Shown here: positions 12,451 to 22,157 of the stretch, one piece after another
Position numbering within the stretch: the first letter of the stretch is position 1
Layout of the letters: each line of letters opens with the position of its first letter
Assembly (NCBI GenBank): GCA_038087875.1
Contig: CM075992.1
Span: 11,410,001 to 11,474,000 of the forward strand
Direction: 5' to 3'
DNA length: 64,000 bases
Source of the DNA: Malacoraja senta
Taxonomy: Eukaryota
Notes under the pieces: model-generated
The model's database searches: none
Told to the model about the DNA's origin: nothing
The model's input: the letters and a program-made list of their open reading frames with translations, nothing else
Made by a program: the position numbers and the translations under genes

Positions 12451-12764
12451 TTTCCTTCGCTCCATAGATGCTGCTGCACCCGCTGAGTTTCTCCAGCATT
12501 TTTGTGTACGTTCTGTAAGGTTTGTCGTTTATATTGATCCACGACTTCCTCATCACCAGACTGTAATCAGTCCAGATTGCAACAACACTTGGGGAGGTCA
12601 GTACGCATGATGGACCAGGCTGTGTTCATCACTATTGTATTCTCCTTCCTTCCTAGGTGTTGAAATTGCCGAACCAGTCCATAACGCAACCAGTCAACTT
12701 CAGGAAAGCTAGGGATCCATGAACCTGTCTTCATTAATGAGGCAACAGAACAAAGAGTCAACAG

Positions 12765-12880
12765 CAGACACAAAATGCTGGAGCAACTCAGCGGGACAGG
12801 CAGCATGTCTGGAGAGAAGGGATAGGTGACATTTCAGGTCGAGACCCTTCTTCAGACTGAAGGCTCTCGACCCGAAACTT
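12765..12880 (-). mobile_element. Older Penelope pseudo-LTR fragment with decayed hammerhead core; mirror at about 27080-27195
   Basis: Minus strand gtctgaagaagggtctcgacctgaaatgtcacc (CpG-decayed core). Confidence 0.65.
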
Positions 12881-13734
12881 CAATATCAAATGTTAAATAA
12901 TGTTATGTTGTATTCTTATTAATTTGCTGCAATGGCAACGCGAATTTCACTTCACCAATGGGTGTATGTGACAATAAATGAACCTTTGAACCTTTATTGT
13001 ATCTGCCTCAACCACCAACCCTGGCAGTGCAATCCAGGCACAAACCACCCTCTGTGTAAAACAAAAGTTGCCCAGTGGATCTGCTTTAAATTTTGCCCTT
13101 TCACCTTAAAGCTATGCTCTCCAGTATTTGATTTCTTTCATCCTGGGAAAAAGGTTCTGACTGCCTGCCCTATCTATGCCTCTCATCATTTTATGTACAT
13201 CCATCAGGTTTTCCCGCAGCCTCGGCATTCCAGAGAAAACAATCCAAGTCTGTCCAACCTCTCCATGGAGCTAATCCTGGCAACATTCTAGTAAACTTCC
13301 TCTGCCCCCTTTCCAAAGCCTCCACATCCTTCCTGCAATAGGGCGACTAGAAATGCACACAATATTCCAAATGTGGCCTCACCAAAGTCCTATGAAGCTG
13401 TACCATGATTTCCTGACTCTTATACCCAATGCCCTGACCTATGAGGTGACAAAGGTGATCAATAAGGGTAGGGTGGTGGATGTTGTCAACATGGATTTTA
13501 GTAAGGTGAACTTGCACTTGGGCATTGTCTTCAGTTTAGGAAAGATTTCATTAAGCTGACGCGATAGGAAAATGGGTTTATGAGGATGTTGTTGAGACCC
13601 AAGTTCTAGAGCTACAGAGAGAGTTGGGCAGGCTAGGGCCTTAATCCTTGGAGCACTGGAGGCTGACGGGTGATCTTACAGAGATGTATAAAGTCATGGG
13701 GAGTAGATAGAGTGAATGTTTAGTTGAGTTTAGA

Positions 13735-14002
13735 GAAACAGCATGGAAACAGGCCCTTCAGCTCACCGAGTCCACATCGACCATCGATCATCCCTACGCT
13801 AGTCCTATGTTATCCTACACACTTGGTGGAATTTACAGGTCAATCATGAACGTCTTTGGAATGTGGATGGAAAGCGGAGCACCACGCGGTCACAGGGAGA
13901 ACGTACAAACTCCACAGAGACAGCACTCGTAGTCAGGATTGAACCTGGGTTTCCGGCGCTGTGAGGCAACAACTCTAACGCTGCGTCACTGTGCTGCCCC
14001 TG
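13735..14002 (-). mobile_element. V-SINE (HE1-like); mirror at about 25955-26225 (+)
   Basis: caggttcaatcc B-box, gtggagtttgtacgttctccctgtgacc V-domain, CR1-type tail. Confidence 0.78.
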
Positions 14003-15209
14003 CACAGTGTGTTTCCCATCAGGCATTTAACAACTAGAGAGCTTAAGTTTAAGGAGGGATGGGAAAGAGTTAATAGGAAACTGAAGGACAATGCTTTCAC
14101 ACAGAGGGTGCTGGATATATGGAATAAACTGCCAGAGGAAGTGGCGAGGCAGCATTTATGAAGCTCAATGTCCTTTCATAAACTGTGCTGGGTTGGAGCA
14201 GGCACCTGCTGCTGACCACAGTTCAGTACAATATGGGCGAGGACAACTTTCTCTCACTGGCCTTCTCTATCTCTACAGCTGAGTTGGTTTGTGCGCACGT
14301 GTGGTTTTCACCAGTTCTGCTCTGACAGCTCTATATCTATGGTCTAATTTGAGATGCGGAGAATGTGATGTTATTATCCTGGGTGGACCAAACCATACAC
14401 TAAATAAAACTTGCTACTTGCTGTATAATCTTACAGATCGCTTCGAGAATGCAGAAAAAATGTGTAACAAGATGTACTGAACCAGATCCTTTTATGATTC
14501 AGCATGTTGCAGAAGGACAACACATATCTTCATATATGTAGTACAGCTGATGTATAGAAACATCTCTGAATCACTCACAGTAGAATGAAAGTAGTTCAAC
14601 AATGTTTCTCACAGATCTTGGGACAGTTCAAGTCATGGAGTCGTAGAGTCGTACAGCACGGAAACTGGCCCTTCAGCCCAACTTGCCCATGACGACCCAG
14701 ATGCCCTATCTGCACTTGTCTCACTTGCTCACGTTTGGCCCATATCCCACGCAACCTTTCCTATCCAGTTATCTGTCTAAATTGTGTTCAAATGTTGTTA
14801 CAGTATCTGCCTCAACTACCCCTCTGGCAGTCCAGTCCGCTCCATATATCTACCTCCGTCTGTATGAAAAAGTTGCCTTCCAGATTCCTATTAAATGCCC
14901 TCTAATCTGTAAAACGATATCCTCTGGTTTTTGATTCCACTACTCTGGGGAAAAGATTGTGCATTCACCTCTATTTCCCCCATGATCTTATACACGTCCA
15001 TAAGATCACCCCTCAGCCTCCTGCGTTCCAAGGAATCAATTCCGAGCCTGCCTAACTTCCCTCCATAGCTCAGGCCTCCAAGTCCTGGCATCATCCTTGT
15101 AAATCCTCTCTGCACACTTTCCACCTTAACGACATCGATCCAATGCTGTGAAAAACTGAACACCTCTCCAAATGTGGCCACACCAACATCTTGTACAATT
15201 GTAATATAG

Positions 15210-15845
15210 ACACTGTCCCCTACTGCCAATTTCTCTCTAAATCAGTCCCAAGCGGAGGCTTTTCATCCTAGGACATCCGAGATGTCCTCTTTCTGTAGTA
15301 AATGTGGATTCCCCCTGCTGTCATAGACAGATCCCTCACCTGTGCCTCCTCTGTGTCCCATAGTTTTGCTCTTGCCTCCCCTTCCCCCCAAACTGAACGA
15401 GTATGGTTTCCCTGGTCCTCACCTTTCACCCCACCAGATGTAACACCTGTCCCTATAGTTCTACCCTCACATCAACCCAGGACCCCAGCAATCCTTCCAG
15501 TTGAGATGAAGTTGAGTCACGTGATCAACCTCATCTGTGTGTAGGAAGGAACTGCAGATTCTGGTTTGAACCGAAGATATACACAAAAATGTCACCTATT
15601 TGTTCACTCCAGAGATGATGCCTGTGCCGCTGAGTTAATCCAGCTTTTTGTGTCTCATCCTCTGTGTTCCAGATGTGGCCTCCTTTACATTGGCGAGACC
15701 AAGTGTAGAATCGGCCGTCTGTTTCGCTGAACACTTGCACTCGTACTAAACCATGGCCTACTGGATTTCCCGTTTGCTAACCATTTTAACTCCCCTTCCT
15801 GTTCCTACACTGACCTTTCTGTCCTGGGCCTCCTCTATCGTCATC
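15210..15845 (+). mobile_element. Degenerate Penelope-like element (RT C-terminus and GIY-YIG endonuclease); mirror at about 24121-24760 (-)
   Basis: CSRCGLLYIGETK...(F)AEHL...ANHFNSPS, a GIY-YIG signature; disrupted by frameshifts and a pLTR fragment. Confidence 0.8.
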
Positions 15846-16160
15846 TGGTTCTTGATTCTCCTATTCTAGATAAAATATAGAAACATAGAAACATAGAAAA
15901 TAGGTGCAGGAGGAGGTCATTCGGCCCTTCGAGCCAGCACCGCCATTCATTGTGATCATGGCTGATCGTCCCCTCTCAATAACCCATGCCTGCCTACTCC
16001 CCATATCCCTTGACTCCACTAGCCCCTAGAGCTCTATCTAACTCTCTCTTAAATTCATCCAGTGACCTGGCCTCCACTGGCCTCTGTGGCAGGGAATTCC
16101 ATAAATTCACAACTCTGGCAGGGAATTCCATAAATTCACAAAATACTATGTGCTCATCGT

Positions 16161-17184
16161 AATTTTACTTCGAAGTCACGTGATGTTACTGCGTGAAGAA
16201 GCCCGCCAGCCCGCATGCGCGTCAATAGTCTAATGCATTGCGCACGACTGGATGGGAGGCGTGTCGCTCCTCCAGCGGTAAATTTTAAAATCCTGCAGGT
16301 AAGTTTTTAAACTTATTCTGAGGTTGTTTTTTTCGTGGGAAATTTCTCTTTACAGAGTTTCCAATTGCTATGGATAATGGAATCCAGGGCAAAAATCCAG
16401 ACGGGCCGAGGGGAAACCAGCTACGGAGGACCACGGGAGTGCGGGTAGCTGTCAGCCGTCGGTTTAGCCGTCCGAGTCACTGACAGCGACTTCAGACTTT
16501 GGCAACCCCGAAAGGGGGCAAAGCCAAATGGAAGTCTGAGAGGCCTGTGTACTCAGGTGAGTCAGGCCAGGAGGATTCTCCTCCTACAAACGTGGATGGC
16601 GTCTTCGGGCGTTTATCCCGGATGGAACACCTTATGGAAAGTATGCTCCATCATGATATGCTCAGTGAAACGGGGACATATCAGCGCAGGTCTCCTCGCG
16701 AGCCTGCTGCAGCGCCTGGTCCAGGGCTGCTTAATATCTCCCACTCTGAGGAGGGGAGTGTACGGGGTCAGTATATGACTGACTCCAAATTCGGAGATAT
16801 GTCCATGGAACATACTGGAATGCATGACATGCATGAGGTTCAAGAATTGCCTGCCATGGCATCAAGGTTTGTGATACACTCGCAAATAGGGGAGCCGCTG
16901 CAAGAAGAGTTGGCTTCCAGCATAAACTACTTCACGTCGCATCAATTACAGGAAGAGGTGATGGTTGAAACAGCTGCAAAATATCATTCACCTGTAAATT
17001 GTGCATCCTTGAAAGTGCCGGCAGTGAAGAGCTCTATCTGGGGGTACATTGGAGGGGGCATCAAAGCCCAAGAAATGACACTCCAAAGAATTTAAAATTA
17101 CTGGCCTCAGGCATCACGGCATTTGCCAGATCTGTGGATGGCGGGCCCTTATCGGACGTCCAGCAGGATGCCCTGGCGTTGATG
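16161..17184 (+). mobile_element. DIRS element 5' end and gag-like ORF, cut by the gap
   Basis: Mirror of 22787-23810; ORF 16499-17095 contains PVNCASLKVPAV..IW. Confidence 0.85.
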
Positions 17185-17384
17185 NNNNNNNNNNNNNNNN
17201 NNNNNNNNNNNNNNNNNNNNNNNNNNNNNNNNNNNNNNNNNNNNNNNNNNNNNNNNNNNNNNNNNNNNNNNNNNNNNNNNNNNNNNNNNNNNNNNNNNNN
17301 NNNNNNNNNNNNNNNNNNNNNNNNNNNNNNNNNNNNNNNNNNNNNNNNNNNNNNNNNNNNNNNNNNNNNNNNNNNNNNNNNNNN
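17185..17384. other. Assembly gap (200 N)
   Basis: Run of exactly 200 N; a round number suggests a placeholder of unknown true size. Confidence 0.99.
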
Positions 17385-17560
17385 CCCCCCCCCCCCCCAC
17401 CCCCCCCCCCCCCCCCCCCCCACCCCCCCCCCCCCCCCACCCCCCCCACCCCCCCCCCCCCCCCCCCCCACCCCCCCCCCCCCCCCCCCCCACCCCCCCC
17501 CCCCCCCCCCCCCCCCACCCCCCCCCCCCACCCCCCCCCCCCCCCACCCCCCCCCCCCCC

Positions 17561-17591
<31 letters not shown>
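17385..17591. repeat. Poly-C low-complexity tract at contig end
   Basis: About 200 C with sporadic A directly after the gap. Confidence 0.95.
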
Positions 17592-18337
17592 TTCGAGCCA
17601 GCACCGCCATTCATTGTGATCATGGCTGATCATCCCCAATCTATAACCCGTTCCTGCCTTTCTCCCCATATCCCTTGATTCCACTAGCCCCTGGAGATCT
17701 ATCAAACTCTCTCTTAAATCAGGCAGGCGCTGTCTGTGTGGAGTTTGCACATTCTCCCTGTGACTGTAAGGTTTTTCACGCAGAGTTGTGCTGGAGGCTG
17801 GTTCTCTGGATACTTTCAAGAGAGAGCTAGAAGGGGATCTTAAAGTCATGGATATGGGGAGAAGGCAGGAATGGGGTACTGATTGGGGGATGATCAGCCA
17901 TGATCACATTGAATGGTGGTGCTGGCTCGAAGGGCCGAATGGCCTACTCCTGCGCATATTATCTATTGTCTATTGTCTATTGTCTAAATCCATCCAGTGA
18001 CTTGGCCTCCACTGCCCTCTGTGGCAGGGAATTCCACAAATTCACAACTCTCTGGGTGAAAACGTTTTTTCTCACCTCAGTCTTAAATGGCTTCCCCTTT
18101 ATTCTAAGACTGTGGCATGATTAGTAAGTTTGAAGATGCCATTAAAATAGGTGGTAAATAAGGTTGTCAATAATCAGCTGGGTAAGTGGACCATGGAATG
18201 GTTAATGGAGTTTAATAGAAAGATTAAACGAGAACTTACCAGTTTGAAGTTTGATCTTTATTTTATAAGAAGTTGCGATGAGGGATTACGTGAAGAAGCC
18301 CACCAGCCCGCATGCACGTTAACCTTTAAAGCAGTGG

Positions 18338-18800
18338 TTTGAAAAAGACTATAATAAGAAATTTGAGAAGGTGTGTGAGAACATGAAAAAGTCTGATAAG
18401 CTGATGGAAGAAATGGAGACTGTAATGAAAGAGATGGCTTTGGAAATATCGAATCTGAATAAAGTACAAAAATCTGAGGGGGAGCAACTCGTTAGAATGA
18501 CTGATAAATGTTTGGACTTGGAGGCGAGATGGAGAAGGCAGAATTTAAGAATTGTTGGAGTAAAGGAAGGACGAGAGGTACGTGGATCTCAGACACGTAA
18601 TGTCGTTGCTGACTTAGTTAAAGAAGTTTTTAAACTGCCGGAAAACCCGAGAATAGATGTTGCTCACCGGGTTGGACGCTTTCCAAAAGGGACAAATACT
18701 CCCCCAAGACAGATAATTGTGAAATTCCTCGACATTTCTTCACTGGAAAATATATTGAAGAAGAGAAATTAAAATTGAGCTGGCAAACGAACCCGGCCTG
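18338..18800 (+). mobile_element. L1-type ORF1 fragment (coiled coil and RRM) inside the DIRS 3' region
   Basis: DLEARWRRQNLRIVGVKEG...IDVAHRVG...PRQIIVKF matches the L1 ORF1p RRM motifs. Confidence 0.85.
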
Positions 18801-21396
18801 GCAATCGGTTTATTATCAAAGGTTTGGAAAAGTCCGCTCATTCGACCATCCTGCTGTCGCTAGGATGCAGTCCAGCGGAACCTCCATGAACCTTGCTGCT
18901 GATGTTATCGAAGCCCTGGTGGAGTGAGATTCAAAAACGTCAATGTTCACTCCTGCACAAGCCAATACATATCTAAACCATCTGGAGATGGTCTGCACTG
19001 AAACCCTCTTGTGTGGTTTTTTGTGGCTAACGAATATTGCCAGCTCAGTGCCTCTAAGGTTCATGTAGCCTTAAAACTTGACGAATATGTGTGACAACAC
19101 AAATCTATGGTCCATAGACTATGCCAGAAATTCCAGCTTTAGACCCAACTCAGCTTAGTTTAATTAACTCATTTACATAGAACGTTATTTTGTTTGTAGA
19201 TATAACCATTCTGTTCAGCCGTAGCTTATGCAACGACTGGACACGTTGCGCTGAAACCAACACCACGAGCATAACTACCTTATATGAGAGCCGGGCCAAA
19301 GATAAGGATTAGCTGGAGCCCACTGGCGAAGTAGTGTTAACACAATGTTAAAATCCCATACTTCCGTGTACCCGGGCCTGGGAAGATTTGTGTTAAAGAT
19401 ATCCTTCATAAATCTGGATATGAGAGGGTGAGACCCGACACAGTGGGTCCCGATCCCAGCAACAAATATGATGAGCAGGAACTTTTGGCACAGTTAATGG
19501 CACTATAACTTAATTTTTTTGTCAAAGAACCATTTGAAAATGAACTCCAAGACATCAGTTATCCGTGCAATATTATATGTTATATTAGCATTTAAACAAA
19601 ACACTTCCCATCTCATGATGAGGAAATGTACTGCTTTTTGGTGCTATCCCTCCAAGCTTCAGTGATCACGTCCATGGTTCGGTCTGACAACCCGAGCCCC
19701 AGGAACGGTCTTCTTAGAGTCTGCAAGTCAATAAATTGATTCTATCATGCAGAGGGTGGCTTCCCGAGTTACGGGATGAACCAGCAAATTTTTGTGTTTG
19801 GAAATAACCATATAAGGTTCTATTATCATTCCCAACATCAGCGAGAACCATGGCTGCATAGGCCAGTCAGGCACTACGAAAATGCCTGAAGCGGAATCTT
19901 GCTGGATTTTTTGCAAGACTCGACTGATGAGGCAAAATGGATGAAAGGCATAAAAGAACATTCCTCCTCAGTGTAGCGAGAATGCATCTATCGCCAATGC
20001 CCCTGGGTCTGGCTGCCATGCCACATATTTTTGCAACTTGATATATGGTGTTCCATACCGAGCAACAATGTCATTAAATACTTTGTGATCCAACATCCAT
20101 TCTGTGTTATCATCAAATTTACGTGACAATACACCAGCGCCAAATGAAGTTAGCTAAACTATCACAGGATACTGACTTGATTCCACACATGTGATTAATA
20201 TATGCCACCGCCGTAGTGTTATCAACGTAGTTGAACATGCAGATTATGCATATTCCCACAATAAGCCTTTAACCCATAGAATGTCCCCAGTATCTCCAGG
20301 TAGTTGATACCATATATTGAAGAATTGGTAACTCATGCACATCCCATTTGCCTCCGCAACTAGAGATGGTATTAGTAGTTCCCCATCCTTGAGCACTAGC
20401 ATCAGTTTGTAATATAAGTGAAGGTTTACTGACCAAAATGTTACTGGAGCAATGCTGAATATTGGTCGTCCACCATTGTAATTCTGATAGTTTCAGCTGG
20501 TAATAGCATAGGTCTGTTAAAATGACCTAAATGGTACTTGAGAGCTTGCTCCTTTGCACGTTGTAAATTCTGATAATGCAAAGGCCCAAATTGCACAGCT
20601 GGAAAAACAGCCACTATATTGACAATTACACTAGCCACCTGGCGAATAGAAGGCTGCTTCATAACAACAAGGTTGTTACGGACTTCTATTAATTCTAATC
20701 TCTTGCCCCAGGGAAGAGTCACAGACATATTAATAGAGTTAAAGGTAAATCCCAAATAATCAATAACTCAAGTTGGTATCAACTTAAATTTTTAACTGAA
20801 TGGATGAGAAACCCCAATTTCTCAATATGAGTTTCTTGGCTCAAACAGCTAATTTAGCCAAATACAGCGTTTTAGAATATCATCCAGTTGACCATAACAA
20901 TGTGTTTTTGAGCTCTGAGCAGCCCAAGCACCGGCTTTAGTAATTTGGTAAATAACCTGGGAGTTGAAGTTAGCCCATTAGGCAATGCTTTAAACTGCCA
21001 TAGTTGCCTCATCCAGCTAAATTTCAAATATTTCCGGTGATCCCTGAATGGGAACTGACTAGTATGCATCTTTGAGATCGATGCATGCCATAAAGCATCC
21101 TTTGGGAATCAGTTGTTAGGCAGTAACGAAGTTTCCCATTTTAAAATGTCTATACTGCACATGTGAGTTAAGTTGAGTTAAATCAAGGATGATCCAACAT
21201 CCTCCATCTTTCTTTTCTGGAGGCGCAGGGGTGTTGTCGCCGAAACGGTGAAGCTTTGCTCGTCGTGGGTGCTTTAATTAACCCAACAGCTTTTGCTTCC
21301 TCTCGATTACCACTGTTGTGTGTAACCTATGAATTTCTGCTTGTATATCCAAACCTTCTTGTTTGGAATGAATAAATGCGACTTGGTGTATGTTGT

Positions 21397-22157
21397 GGGT
21401 CGGGTACTTTTCGGCGCCACTGTTTCGGCGCCACCCATAGTTAATGCTTATCACCTTGTTCATCTTAATTCATCTAAATTTTGGAAAGCTGTTATATACT
21501 TATCACCTAGTTCATGTTCATTCCTATAGTTTTCAATAGTTTTGGGAGCCTTTATTAAATAAAATATAGATGAATTAAAAATTGGTTAAAAAATGTAATT
21601 ATAAAATAAATTCAATAACTTATTGTATTTCATAGTTATGGGATAAACCATGCAAGTATTCTAGTCGATCCCTTGTACCAAACTGTTGTACAATATTTAA
21701 AATGCGCTCATCAGCTCTCTTGTATTTAAGGAGTTTTTGTTTAGGTGCATGTCCGGCAACCAAGTGTTCATAATATGCATCACGGCCTTTCTGAATTTTC
21801 CTCAATCAATCAATGAATTTCCATATTATGGGGTGGTTAACTCCTAATTCTGCATATATTTTTCTATGTGTTTTCTATATTTTCAGCCATACTTTAAAGT
21901 TTGTAAGACAAGCAGTATAACAGCTACCCAATATTAAGATACATTAACTGATTACTGTTGTCTAAACAATGAATTAAGAAGAACTAGGTGATAAGTATAT
22001 AACAGCTTTCCAAAATTAGATTTAATTAGATCTAATTCCATGAATTAGATGAATTAGCAAAGATCGTCGCCAAAACGGAGGCGCCGAAACGGAGGAGCTG
22101 AAACAGCGGTGCCGAAACGGCGGCGTCGAAACGGCGGCGCCAAATGGTACCATTCCG
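21397..22157 (-). mobile_element. Non-autonomous Mutator (MULE)-type DNA transposon with 9-bp TSD
   Basis: TSD gtatgttgt at 21388-21396 and 22158-22166. TIRs carry tandem cggcgccgaaac-type repeats plus a 37-bp inner IR (21477-21513 / 21981-22017). Internal remnant reads HPIIWKFID*LRKIQ...DERI..IV...EYL. Confidence 0.8.

Larger units (their letters stand above)
12283..12509. mobile_element. Penelope pseudo-LTR-derived fold-back insertion (left arm only) with 16-bp direct flanking duplication
   Basis: 12317-12410 and 12416-12509 are 94-bp inverted repeats (1 mismatch, loop cctaa). acgttctgtaaggttt occurs at 12267-12282 and 12508-12523. The site is empty in the right arm (about 27435-27450). 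Confidence 0.85.
1..17184. repeat. Left arm of large inverted (palindromic) duplication
   Basis: Base 1 (tgggtggcgatgggg) is the reverse complement of sequence ending at 41013, and 17161-17184 is the reverse complement of 22787-22810. Mirrored ORFs occur throughout (e.g. 8431-8934 vs 30799-31302; 16499-17095 vs 22876-23472). Confidence 0.97.

Noticed and set aside
16087..16141. 29-bp tandem duplication at a CR1 5' truncation point (both arms)
   Set aside because: Ordinary insertion-junction slippage with no further significance evident.
16999..17849. Poly-Pro/poly-Gly ORFs
   Set aside because: They are translations through the N gap and the poly-C contig end, which may itself be a low-quality sequencing artefact.
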